DNA of 64,000 nt from the human T2T-CHM13v2.0 reference genome, Homo sapiens, in assembly GCF_009914755.1 (NCBI RefSeq), contig NC_060925.1; one strand, 5' to 3'. This document shows positions 27,933-42,160 of the stretch, piece after piece (the first letter of the stretch is position 1; each line of letters begins with the position of its first letter). The translations under genes were made by a program, and so were the position numbers. The notes under the pieces are model-generated. The model was not told the DNA's origin. It made no database searches and worked only from the letters and a program-made list of their open reading frames with translations.

Positions 27933-28189
27933 GTAAGAGTTTTCTGATCTAGCTTTTTAATTAACTCTAGTAGAGCACAAAGAAGAAAGTTTCCATGTAA
28001 CTAGGACTTGTATTTGGCAAATACAGACCAATTTGAGTATTGAGTTGTCAAATATGATTCAGTCCTTTAGGAACTGGGAGGGATTATGTTTGTTTAAGAT
28101 TACTTAACTTTCTTCTGCAGGCAGCTTCGTTGTTTTGCTTCTGTCTATCAGACAAACTATGCAGAAGTTAGGAAAACTGTCCTTTGGGT

Positions 28190-28385
28190 CAGATAGTTTT
28201 GGATATGAAATATGGGTTTACCACTTACTAGCTTGTGACTTTAGGCAATTTCCCCAATCTTTTTGAGACTTAATTTATTCAATTACAAAATGAGGATAAT
28301 ATATTTCAGGTTATTGTGAGTATTAAAGGAGATGATATATGTGGCATGTTAAGCAAAATGCCAGCTACACAGTAACTATTCAGTA
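28190..28385 (+). mobile_element. MIR
   Basis: ccacttactagcttgtgactttaggcaa...aaaatgaggataat...ggttattgtgagtattaaa. Confidence 0.7.
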
Positions 28386-29535
28386 AAATGTTTTTTCTTA
28401 CAGATGTTAATCAAAATAGTAAATTTTATCTGCCCTACCTTTGCTATAAATTATATTAAAAGTTATGATAGTAAGTAGTTATAGACACATACCCATTTCT
28501 AATACATTCTTTTATTTGGTAATTTAAAAAAATTATACTTCATTAAACCTTTTATCAAGAGAAAATTATCATATAAATGAGAATACTGAGGCCCCATGAG
28601 AGAAAGGTAAATCTGTAAAGGATGGTTTGTCTCCACGGCTCATACTCTTGAGTCAGTATATTGCTTAGAGGATGTAAGACTATGTATCTTTATCATCTGC
28701 CAGAGAGGATACAGGGACTTCCCTGGTTTCTGGTAAAGGTATAAATCAAAATATGAAACCAAATAAGAAGACAGTTATGGGCAAGGATGAACAGAAAGTA
28801 CTTGCTTCTAAAAACTAGGTTTTTCGCTTGCAGAGAGGGATCCCTTTTGACTTATCATTTTAAAAATGCTTAACCATGGGCAATGGTAAGAGTGAGAGGC
28901 ACTCTTAATTTGTGGTAAATGGCTGAGTTGGACTAATGTAGCAGTTTTCCTGCCTGTATGTCTTTTGCTGTAAACTCTCCTATACCTGGAGATGCTTATG
29001 TTAATCTCTAAACTGTACATACCTCTTTATGTGAAACTGAGCTGTGGGGCTTCCATGTTCACCCCTGTTGTATTTAACACACTTCATAGTACTCTTACTG
29101 AGGCTAGCCAAGTAGACTTCTGTAGTATCTCTTAAGAAGGGAAAGGGCAGCATTGTATTCTGTCTGAATTGTCAGCCAGTCTCCTTTTTGTTACTTCTCT
29201 GTCCCCTGTTTGGACTCCATCTTTCTTTCTTGTTCAGCACTGGTTCCTATGCCAGTGCCGGTGCTTCAGCCACCTAGCTTAGGTGTGGGAAATGTTTGCA
29301 GAGAGAAATAGGGCAGCTGATCCCCTTAAGAGACTAGAGGGTGGGGCAGTGGGCAGGACACCTGTGCCTAAAGAACAGCTTCAAAGAAGAAACATACTTT
29401 TTTTTTCCCTAAGGGAAGATAAGCAAATGATTGGAAAACACTGAAAATAGCCATTACATCAGACTACATGGAAATCCCTGTATCTACTTTAATGCTACTA
29501 CTGTAATAGCAGTTTCAGCAGTTACCATTTATTGA

Positions 29536-29803
<268 letters not shown>

Positions 29804-30534
29804 TAAGTTATTTTGACAAGTTAGATACCATTATTTCAAATTATAGGAAATTGAGGCACAAAACCAGCCAGGAAATAAAGTCAGGTTTAGGATTCGCAGC
29901 CCACATGTAAGTTTCCCCATGAAGTGCAATAAAATAAAACTGAAAATTTAAGCAACACATTGTGTATGTCCAGACCTGTATAAGGTAAGTTCTGACTGGA
30001 GCACTTGTTGTAACCGTCTTGTGAATTTCTTGCCTCGTTTTAATATAGAATGTGTGGCAGACTGGTTCCTATCAGACTTGCATATTTACTTACCATGTTT
30101 GATATATTAGATATAAAATTACAGTTTATTTAGATAATTGTATGCTTACAAATTGATTTTTATTTAAGCATATAACAAATGAGCCTTCAGACTCTTGAGT
30201 TGTTAGTTAACTATTCTTTTTTTGGTAGTTTATGAAAGCAAGTAAAATGTTTAAGGGGAAGAACGCTTAACATTATAGTAAAACTGAAGCCTCACAATTT
30301 CTGGATTCAGAATATGTTTGTGTAGATCATTTTTTCCTGAAATGTTTACAATTGTAATAATTTTGATTTGTGACACTTTAAGGAGAATGATATTGTAAAA
30401 TTATTTTAAGATTGTGTTGATACGTTAATTCTATACCTTCTGTCATTGATTCGAGAGGCAAAATCAAATGATGCACTTTTTGTCAAATAGTCCTTTTATG
30501 TTTGCAGAAAATTTATAGTTTAGGTTTTTAAAAA

Positions 30535-31040
30535 ATGTATTCAGTAAGTGCCCGTTCTATGTGTAAAGTACTATAATCAGTGTTATTAGGATGTACAATG
30601 CAAATAGATGAAATAACCCTCAGTCTTTAAGGAGTTAACAATTCATTAAGAGATAAGACAGATAAATAACTGATTCTGGATAGATTATGGTAAATAATTC
30701 AAGAGGAGGTACAGAAAAGTGCCATAGTGGTGTTAATTAGGTGTTTCTTTGAAGAAATTTGTGTATGTTTATAGGTCAGGTGGAAGGACCCATCAGGGAG
30801 CAAGAGAGTGGAGAAAGAAATACAATTAATTGAACCAAGGTAGGGGTGAAGGTCTAGGATCAGAAGTGCAGAATGAAGGGTTGACTCTGAACATGAAAAA
30901 GACTACCCCATGTCTCTAAAACTGGGGAGAAGAAGCAAATATTATACAGTAACAGAGAATTGAAATGGAAGGGAGAAGCAAAACTGAGCAATCATTCACA
31001 TCAGATTGCTTCATTTTTCTCATTAAAGTAGTTGAGGTGG
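30535..31040 (-). mobile_element. L2 fragments
   Basis: aaatgtattcagtaagtgcc...ctatgtgt..., cagtctttaaggagttaacaatt L2 3' words. Confidence 0.55.
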
Positions 31041-32138
31041 TCATCTGAGAGGAAGGCAGGGATAATAGTAATAATAATGGCAGCAGCTACTGTTCTTTGA
31101 ATTCTTACTGTAGGTGTCTGGCTAGCCACTTTATTATATATACTTTATGTCGTAATTTTTAAAATACTCTTACAAGGTTAAGTAGATTTATAAAAAGGAT
31201 TGATGAGCCTTTTGAGGGTCAGTCTCAAAGAAAATAAATGTGTTAGCTTATCCAGCCAACCTAGTTATACAGCTGATCATTGAATAACATGGATTTGAGC
31301 TGCATGGCTCCACTTATATGCAAATATTTTTCATTAAATATGTTGGAATTTTTTTGAGATTTGCAACAATTTGGAAAAACTCACAAATGAACTGTGAAAT
31401 ATTGAGAAATATTGAAAAAAATTAAAAGATATGTAATGAATGCATAAACTATATGTAGATACTATTTTATCATCTATTACCATGAAATATCACAAATGTA
31501 TTAAAATTATAAAACCTTAAAATGTATCAGAACTTACGCACACACTCGATCACATACATGGCACCATTCACAGTCTAGATAAATAGAAACAAATGTAAAC
31601 AATACAGTATAAATCGTAATTGGATAAAATTAACTGCATTACCTACTATACTACTGTAATAATTTTGTAACCACCTCTTGTTGCTATTGCAATGATCTCA
31701 AGTATTGTGAGTATCCATTTAAAATGCCATGTGACCCTAATCATGTCACAGTGAACAGTTCATCCAGTAAATTGTGTATTGCAGTAAAAAGTGATCTCTC
31801 TATGTCCTTGAGTATTTTGCATCCTGTTTAGTGCAATAACCTAAACCTTAAATAATGCCATAAGACCTATACGAAGTACCACTGGTGGTGCCAGAAGTGT
31901 TCCCCAAAGCAGAGGCAAGTCATAATGTTATAGGAAAAATTTGAATTGCTTGATGTATACTATAGATTGAGGTCTGCAGTTATAGTTGCCATCCATTTCA
32001 AGATAAATAAATTAAGTGTAAGGACGATTATTTAAAAAAAAAGAAAAGGAAATTCATGAAGCCTTCACTGCAGCTACACCAGCAGACATGAAAAACTTGA
32101 ACTTTTTGCTAAATACCTTTTTATTTCATTGAAAATAC

Positions 32139-32740
<602 letters not shown>

Positions 32741-33011
32741 AATGCAGCTTTTATGTGGGTGCAGGATTGCTATAAGAAAGACATACCTTTGGACTCTAAT
32801 GTGATTTGAGAGGAAGCACAGTTGTTATACGACAGCTTAAAAGGCAGGTGAAGGATCTAAAGCTGGAGAATTTAATGCCAGCAAAGGATGGTTTGATAAT
32901 TTTAGAAAGATGTTTGGCTTTAAAAATGTCAGGATAACGGAAGAAGCAGCTTCTGCCAACGAAGAGGCAGCAGACCTCAAGTTCTCAGATGCCATGGAGA
33001 AAATCAGTGAA

Positions 33012-33115
33012 GGCCGTCTGTGGTGGCTCACACCTGTAACCGCACCATAGCTGGACCCCATCTCTACCCTCACCCCACCCCCTGCAAAAAAAAAAAAAAG
33101 ATAAGACAAAAGAAG
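33012..33115 (+). mobile_element. Miniature internally deleted Alu monomer
   Basis: ggcc...tggctcacacctgtaa...ccccatctctac...polyA; TSD gaaaatcagtgaa/gaaaatcattgaa. Confidence 0.75.
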
Positions 33116-33599
33116 GAAAATCATTGAAGAGAAAGGATATCTGCCTGAACAGGTTTTTAATGCAGACAAAAGCGCCCTATTCTGAGAGGGAAAAAATGCC
33201 ACAAAGGACATTGATTAGTAAGGAAAGACATGAAAGCACACCAAGATTTAAGGCAGGAAGGAATAGGCTAACAGTACTGTTTTGTGCAGATGCAATCGGG
33301 TTTATGATCAGGACAGCCCTATCTATATCCTATTAAAGACTGCTTTTTGCCTTCTTTTACAGCATGGACCCTTTTATGATATGGGCACTGAAACTAAAGC
33401 ACATGGTGGAAGAAGGATTGGTAGCATATAGAAACATTTTTAGACAAATGAAAAAGCAAAAAAGTCAGAAATTACAGTGTATTTCCATAAAGTTACACCA
33501 AGTGTGCCTGCCTCTCCTGCCTCCCCTTCCAGCTTTTTGTCTTCTGCCATTTCTGAGTCAGCAAGACCCCTCCTGTTCCTCCTTCTCAGCCTACTCAGC

Positions 33600-33651
33600 A
33601 TGAAGACAAGGATGAAGATCTTTGTGATGATCCACTTCCACTTAATGAATA
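33600..33651 (+). CDS. POU2F1: Coding part of the Tigger2-derived alternative POU2F1 exon (MKTRMKIFVMIHFHLMN-S, exon Z type)
   Basis: ATG at 33600, 17 codons plus A, then donor A|gtaaat; A+GC of exon 3 gives Ser-Thr-Gln-Thr-Asn in frame. I recall this N-terminus from an annotated POU2F1 isoform. Strongest acceptor tgctttttgccttcttttacag| at 33362. Confidence 0.75.
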
Positions 33652-34039
33652 GTAAATATATTTTCTCTCACTTAGGATTTTCTTTAGCTTACTTTACTGT
33701 AAGAATACAGTATATAATACATATACAAATATGTTTTAGTCAACTGTTTATGTTATCAGCAATGCTTCTGGTCAACAGTAGGCTATTAGTATTTGAGTTT
33801 TGTGGGAGTCAGATGTTACATGCAGATTTTCAACTGTTTGTGGGGTCGACACCCTTGACTCCGTTGTTCAGGGTTCGACTGTATGACCTTTCTGTAGCCT
33901 AGATCAGCAGTCCAAACTCAGGAATGAAGAAAATGGAACATTGGATTATTGTGCCAAAATAGTATACTATCACCAAAAAAGAAAGAGATAGAAGGGAGTG
34001 GTAATATTTTTTATAACATAGTTGTTTGCACAAGGATGC

Positions 34040-34345
34040 TTCCCTTTGGAAAGATGGTATTTCCCCATTCTTCCCTCTCCTCCACCTTTGGTAAAGTCTA
34101 TTCTATGTTCTCAAGATTATTCCGTATTGTAGCATGTATCAGAACTTTATTTTTTATAAGATATTCCATTGTATGTATATACTACATTTTGTTTATGCAT
34201 TCATTTGTTAATGGGCAGCTGGATTGTTTTTACTGTTTGGCTATTATGAGTAATGTTGCAGTGAACTTTGGTGTACAGGTATCTGTTTGAGTTCCGTTTT
34301 TCAATTCTTTGGTTTATATACCTAGGAGTAGAATTGCTGGGTAAA
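34040..34345 (-). mobile_element. L1MB-type fragment
   Basis: tattccattgtatgtatatactacatttt...ttggctattatgagtaatg...atacctaggagtagaattgctggg. Confidence 0.75.
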
Positions 34346-34775
34346 ACAGAATACAAACTTATTATCTTACAGTTTGGGAGGTCAGAGTCCTAAAATGAGA
34401 GTGTTGTAAGTGCTTTATTTCTTCTGGAGGTACTATGGAAAGTCCATTTCCTTCTCTTTTCCAGCTTCTAGAGACCACCTGCACTCCTTGGCTTATGGCC
34501 CCTTCCTCCATCTTCAAAGCCAGATGTATAGCATTGTCAAATCTGTTTCCTTCCCTCCCTTTCCTGTCCCCCTCCTCCCCTCAACCCTGCTTCCATCATC
34601 ATATTTCCTTCTCTAACTCTCCTGTCCCCATCTTTTCTTTAAACACTTACTATCCTGAACTTCATTGGATTTGCAAAATACCTTTTGCCGTGTCAGGTAA
34701 CAAATTCACAGCTTCCAGGAATTAGGATGATTATTAGGCCCATCTTTGATGGGCTGTTGTTCTGCTTTCCCACAA
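34346..34775 (-). mobile_element. MLT1 MaLR LTR fragment
   Basis: tcttacagtttgggaggtcagagtcc...ccagcttctagag...ccttggcttatggccccttcctccatcttcaaagcc. Confidence 0.7.
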
Positions 34776-35415
34776 GATTTTCTCCTAAATTAAAGCTGAT
34801 CATCTCTATTTTAGATGATAGTTGGAAAAGTAAAGAAGTTGTTTGAAGTTTTACAAGGTTTGGTAGGAAAAAACTAAATCAACTATTTTGATGTAAAGAA
34901 ATATTGAGGGAAAAAGGAATATTGGACAAACATTAAAGTTTTGCTCACTTTTAACTCAAAGGGCAGACCTCTTTCATCAGTACTCCTGACAGATGGTTAT
35001 CTGCCCTGTGCCTGGGTTCATGCACTGACACAGAACACAGTACTTTCTAGTGTTATCTGTTCTCTGGTATTACAACTCTGTTTTCTACATTCTTTTGAAT
35101 TTTGTCCTTAGGAGTTTGTCATCTTTTAAGAAATTAAAGCTCTTCTGAAAGTCATTGTCACATTTTAACTCTTTTCCATTCATTTGACAATTTATTACAA
35201 ATTAATTTACTATAAAGTAGTAATTTATTATAAAACAATTTGTTATAATCATTTGTACTAGAATATGATGATAGTGGCTAGCATTGATTAAGTATTTACT
35301 GGGTGATTTAAACATTTTACATAGATTATCTCATTTAATCCTTATAAAAACCTCATGAAACATTATTTTTCTCTTTTTATAAATAAGGGTCTCTTTTTAT
35401 AAATAAGGAAGTTGA

Positions 35416-36119
<704 letters not shown>

Positions 36120-36881
36120 TGTTGTTTCTTTTTGTCTCCGATGCGCAAGATAACAGTACTAAGTAACATCAGTGAAGTTGAATAAAAGACTGATTTTGTT
36201 CTCAATAAATTTATCTTATAGAGAAAACATATATGAAAATGTAATATAACAGAAATTGAGACGATTCATGAGAAGTATATGTGAACCCATGAGAATTCAG
36301 TGTAGGGGAAAAGTGTTTCTAGCTGGGAGGATCAGAGAAGGCTTTGGAGAAGGTGGAATTGAAACTGTATCTTACAGGCTGGGTAGGGTTTAAATCATGA
36401 TGATGCTAGGCAATATATGTTCAGCATGAAGAAACAGTCAAAGCTGAGATGGGGGAAGAAATCTGTCCTAAATGTCTCTAATTCCTTCAAAAGATTTCCA
36501 TTATGTCATCTGATTTCTAGATCTTTTATCTTTTAGTCATTCACAGAATTAGACAGTATTCCAATTCTTCAGACTTCATTGCAGCCATTACCATTACCTT
36601 TTGCTTATTATTATCTTTGAAAACTTACCATTGGCTTATTATAATTATTTTTATAATGCAGGTAAAAAGGATATTTAAATATATTTTAATATAAATGTTA
36701 ATATATTTAATCAGATTTTCTGATACTTGTTTTGTAATGTGAAAAGTTGTTTTAAAGCAGCTGACTCATCTGTTGTAATGAATTTACAGTCAATTAACTG
36801 TCTTTTTTTCATCTGAATTATGATAGATAGATCCAAGGCTTCCCTATCCTGTCCTTTTTCACTTGCTTTTTTCATTTGAAT

Positions 36882-37631
36882 TGAAAGGGGAGAGTTCCCT
36901 GACCCCCCTTGCAGGACATGCGACAGGGAGTGGCTCATATGTTTGGCTGCCCACACTCAAACCTCTTAGAGGAAGGGAAGCACACAGACTGGCAGGTGCA
37001 GGAGTTATGGTAAGCACTTTCTGGGCTCTGGCCACATGATAGTGTCTAGGGGTGGGTGTCTGCAACTCCCAAAGCCCAAGTGGGCACATGTTTCAGTGCA
37101 CTCTTTTAGCCTTGCCATCTACAGACAGCTTAAGTGTTAGCTCAGTGATCCTCTTGGTACCCAAGTCCTTGTGCGGCGTCCAGGAAGAATCAGGTCACAC
37201 ATGGACTTGAAGGATGAATTCAGGGGTTTTGTTGAGCGGTGGAGGTGGCTCTTAGCGGGATGGATGGGGAGCTGGAAAGGGAATGGAATGGGAAGATGAT
37301 CTTCCCCTAGAGTTTGGCCATCCAGCAGCTGATTTCCTCTTTGACCACCCCCAGTCGAATTCCTCTCAACATTCAGACATTCCTTCTCTTCTCTCTGCCA
37401 CACCATTCTGCTGTTCTTCTGCTCTACTGTTCATGTCTTCTGGAGCCTGGGGTCTGGGGGTTATATGGAGCCACGATAGTGGGGTATGGCAGGCCAAAAG
37501 GCAACTTTTGGGCGCAAAAACAGAAATACCTGTTCCCATTTAGGACCATGGGTTTCCAGGCTTGAGGGTGGGGCCTTTGCTGGGGAACCACCCTCTTCTA
37601 CCCAGTATTTCCCTGTCTCCTGTTCATATCA
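36882..37631 (-). mobile_element. ERV1 solo LTR, MER52/LTR27/LTR28 group
   Basis: TG...CA ends; minus strand begins TGATATGAACAGGAGACAGGGAAATACTGGGTAGAAGAGGG; flanks gaat/aaat. Confidence 0.8.
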
Positions 37632-39021
37632 AAATGATTTTTCCCCAGGATAGTATCACTATATTTCAGGCAAATGAAAAGTCAAAAGAAATTTGTTAAT
37701 GTAACCTAATATACATAAATACAATAGTATTTTTGGAATAATATTTATGGGCTTGTATTCCAAAAATACTGTCATCCAAAGTTCCTAGTAACCAGTGATG
37801 TTATTAATTCTTCGGGATTTACTAGTGCTATGGCTGGTATTAGGACATTATATGCTCATTTATATTCATAAAAGAGCATGATCAGATATCATTTTCTCCA
37901 AGATGAAGAGAAAGAATCCTGAAAGACCAGGGTACCAGTGAATAGACTTGCTATTCTTCATAGTAATTTAACAACTTGATGCCTTGAACCAGCACTAGTT
38001 TTGGAAATAATTTCCAGATAAAATACCAGTGTTTTCCAGAAAAGCCTCAAAATAGACCTCAATATAGTTCTTGTTAAACCAGAATGGAGCATTTGCAAAT
38101 TTCAGACACTTAAGGATTATTTTCCTTTTGAACTTACGTTTATCCAGAGGCCATTTTTAATATTCTTACTGCTTTTATTATTATTTTAAAATTTATTACA
38201 TATTTTATTGTGTAGACTACATTCTGCCCTGGCCAAGCTGCTCTTATAAGCCTGAGAGTAGAAATACTAATTTTGTTTGGAGTACCTTTATAGCTAATTT
38301 TTAATTAGTGGGTCATTGAAAGTGGCTGAAGCATTTCCAGAGAGCCTCAGGAGCTCAGTGAAGGATCTTGGTGGTTTAGAAGCAAATACCAAACACCTGT
38401 AGGAAAGATAGACCTCCCTCTAGTGTTTGATTTAATAGATGTCAGTTACAGGATATGGCTTCTACAAGATTCTGATCAGTACGTATTGAGAAACTTGCCC
38501 TGGCTCTGCCCACTGGTGCACATGGGGATTTTAAAACTTTAGGTCAGGGGTGGGGGTCAAGGGGGAGAAGGGCGCTATAATTACTGAAGCTGTGCGAATA
38601 GGAAGTGACATCTGAATTAAGATTATACTTTTGTTAAATGACTGAATAAGCAATTGATCTTTTTGCCATGAGGTAACCCAGTAACAAATTTAGAATTTTA
38701 AAGGTAGTATCCATTTTTGTTCATTACTAATAGAAATTGAGAACATTAAAGAGAGGGTTTGTTTCTAAAATGCTGTTTTCAGTACAGATTATTAGAGATT
38801 GTCTATAATTTTCTCCCTTAGAGAGCAGCTTAGTTTTATTTCATGTTACTTTTTTCATTTTTTTTCCTAACAGATATTAAAGAATTTTTGGTATAAAAGA
38901 ATTTTCCAGCCATGTTATACTTTACATCTTGCTTGAAGCCAAAAACTAGACTACATTATTCTTTCAATTAGATCCATTATATAACATCCTGGCATAGAGC
39001 AATGGCAATAGAAGCCAGGGG

Positions 39022-39053
<32 letters not shown>

Positions 39054-39399
39054 GAAGAAGGAAGGAAAGGGAGTAATTTAAAATGAATACTTGTATTTGC
39101 CTCGGGGCTGGGAGAGATGTGGTAGCATTCTCTGAGTAGGAACTGTACTGTTGGGGAGTAGACTTGACAATGAGATGATGAAACATTTCAGCACTGAAAA
39201 TGTTGTACTTGGGGTGCCTTGTGGTGCTTGCAGGTGAAGATGTGGGCAATTGAAGATAGAGATAGGTTCCTGAGGAGAGGTGTAAGAGTCTTTAACAGGG
39301 AAATGCTACGGGGAGGAGAGTGGAATCAGCCAAGAGGACCAAGGACGGAGCTCTTCTAAGGTGTTGAAAGGGCTGGTAGAGGAAGAGGAGCCCATGCCT

Positions 39400-39601
39400 T
39401 TGTTGTCGAATAGGATGGACACTGACTGCATGTGGCTCTTTAAATTTAAATTAAATTAAATTAAATTAAAAATTCAATTCCTCAATCATACTAACCACAT
39501 TTCTAGTGTTCAGTAGCCACGTGTAGTTAGTGACTACCATATTGGCCAGTACATATAATAGAACATTTCCATTATCACAGAAAGTTCTATTGGACAGTGC
39601 T
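39400..39601 (-). mobile_element. MER3 (hAT-Charlie) DNA element within L2-like sequence
   Basis: agaacatttccattatcacagaaagttctattggacagtgct with an AT-rich core. Confidence 0.8.
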
Positions 39602-39874
39602 TAAGTAGACTAAGAAATAACAACCATGGAGATCAGATGTGAATCAGACCAGTGAGCTCATGGAGTTAGCATTTAGTGTGGTCAAGTCCTGCCATAGGAG
39701 CCTTAAAATGTGACCCTTGAATTTGACAATTAGTTACTGTGGGCCTTTTAAAGATTTTAGTTAAGTGGTTTGGAAAGAAATTGCTGTGGTTAAGAAAGTG
39801 AATGGTTGTGTAAAGGGAATGATAAATGTAAGCAACTCTTTTCATGGAAGCTCTATATGGGGCTATATATATGT

Positions 39875-40097
39875 ATCATAGTGGTTAAGAGCTCAGACCC
39901 TGAAATCAAACCCCATGGATTCATATCTTGCTCCTTTCACTTGCTAGTTGTGTTACCTTAGGCAAGTTACTTTTTTCATGTTAGAGTTTTTCTTAGCTGT
40001 AAGATGGAGATAAATAATAATCCATCTCATAGTCTTGTTGTATACACGGAAAGCAAGTAGGTATGTGGCACAGTCCATTCACTATCAGTGTTAGCTA
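39875..40097 (+). mobile_element. MIR
   Basis: catagtggttaagagc...ctagttgtgttaccttaggcaagttac...ctgtaagatggagataa. Confidence 0.75.
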
Positions 40098-40244
40098 TCT
40101 ATTAGGAGGAAGGGGAGGATGATAGAGAAGGAAAGAATGGGAGGGGACGTTAGAAGGGCCTCCTAGTGAAGCAATTTGAATATGTTTAGATGCTAAGGGA
40201 AAAGAGCCAGTGTAGGAGGGGAGTGGCAAAGAAAGAACAGATGA

Positions 40245-40552
40245 TGCAGCCATAAAAAGGAATGAGATCGTGTCCTTTGCAGGGACATTGATGAAGTTGG
40301 AAGCCGTCATCCTCAGCAAACTAACACAGAAACAGAAAACGAAACACCACATTTTCTCACTCATAAGTGGGAGTTGAACAGTGGGAACACATGGACACAG
40401 GGAGGGGAACATCACATACCAGGGGTGAGGGTGAGGGGAGGGAACTTAGAGGACGGGTCAATAGGTGCAGCAAACCACCGTGGTACACGTGTACTTATGT
40501 AACAAGCCTGCATGTTCTATGTATCCCGGAACTTAAAGTAAAATAAATAAAT
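40245..40552 (+). mobile_element. 5'-truncated L1PA 3' end
   Basis: L1PA 3'UTR consensus; perfect 16-bp TSD aagaaagaacagatga at 40229-40244 and 40553-40568. Confidence 0.92.
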
Positions 40553-41247
40553 AAGAAAGAACAGATGAGTCAGGGATCCATTTTTGAGGAGAGGGGAGGT
40601 GTTGGGTTTCAGAGCACGTGGTGGCTGAAGTAGCCTAAAGTAGAAGATTCCTTTTTTTGTTGTTTTTTAGGTGAGAAATGGGAGAGTAAAGGAGATAAAG
40701 ACAGATTCAGATAGTAAGTTTTCAGGTAGAAGGGAATGTAAGAAAGCAGTCTAGAGAGGATTAGGAACAGTCAATTAGGGATTTCCTTGTGATACAGGGA
40801 AAACAAAACTGGGAATAGAATGCAATAAACAAGTCTAGGATTAAAATAAACACTATCAGCAGGATTTGTAGCAAAGTGTCATAATCCAAGTTAGGAAGGC
40901 TGACATCAGATAAACTCAGAAGGTAAAGAGCATTCATTGTGTTTCTGAGGAAGGCAGGAAGCTGCTACCGTTTAACTGGCTCACATCCTACAGGGAAAGA
41001 TGAGCAAGGGAGCCTCTGACTAGGTTGAGAGGCAGAACAGAGATGGAGCAAGGTCAATGTTTGGTAATTTTCTCCACCAACAAAAATATTAATAAGATTT
41101 TAGGATATTAAAATAAGGTCTGTCTTTCTGGTTTTCTTGGTCTTCAAATATATTTCATTTATGTTCAATATTTAAGTTATTTGAAAAGTCTCAACAGCTG
41201 GTAAGTCATAAGACACTTATTTTTCTACAATTAAGAATAAAGTTAAG

Positions 41248-41555
<308 letters not shown>

Positions 41556-41817
41556 AGAATAATGTTAATGAAAACCTGTTTTAACTGAGTCTTTCATCCA
41601 GATAGACTTAACAATTTAGCAAACAGCCACCTATAGAAATCTTGTCATGCATCACTGATAATGCATTCATCTCTAAGGTGATGTATAAAAGTAATTTTAA
41701 AAATACACATACTATTATTACTTAGGAAGTAAAGGATATACAATCCAATCATTACAATCAAGTACAATCACTGTGGAGATTTTTAGCAGATAAGTAATAC
41801 CTATCCATTCTATAGAT

Positions 41818-42160
41818 CAGCAGCCCCCAACCTTTTTGGCCCCAGTGACTGGTTTCATGGAAGACAGTTTTTCCACAGACAGCGAGTAGGGGATGGTTTG
41901 GGGGATAAAACTGTTTTTTACCTCACATCATCAGTCATTAGTTAGATTCTCATAAGGAATGCACCACCTAGATCCCTCGCATACACTGTTCACATTACGG
42001 TTCACGCGCCTATGAGAATCTAGTGCCACTGCTGCTCTGACAGGAGGCAGCGCTCAGGCAATAACGCTATCTTGCCCACCACTCACCTCCTGCTGTGCAG
42101 CCTGTTCCTAGCAGGCCACAGATTGGCACCAGTCTTCAACCCAGGAGTTGGGGACCCCTG
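41818..42160 (+). mobile_element. MER1B (hAT-Charlie)
   Basis: TIRs cagcagcccccaac / gttggggacccctg; perfect 8-bp TSD CTATAGAT. Confidence 0.9.

Noticed and set aside
39026-39053. Isolated poly-T of about 28 nt as a retro-insertion
   Set aside because: No element body or TSD is visible; treated as a mononucleotide microsatellite
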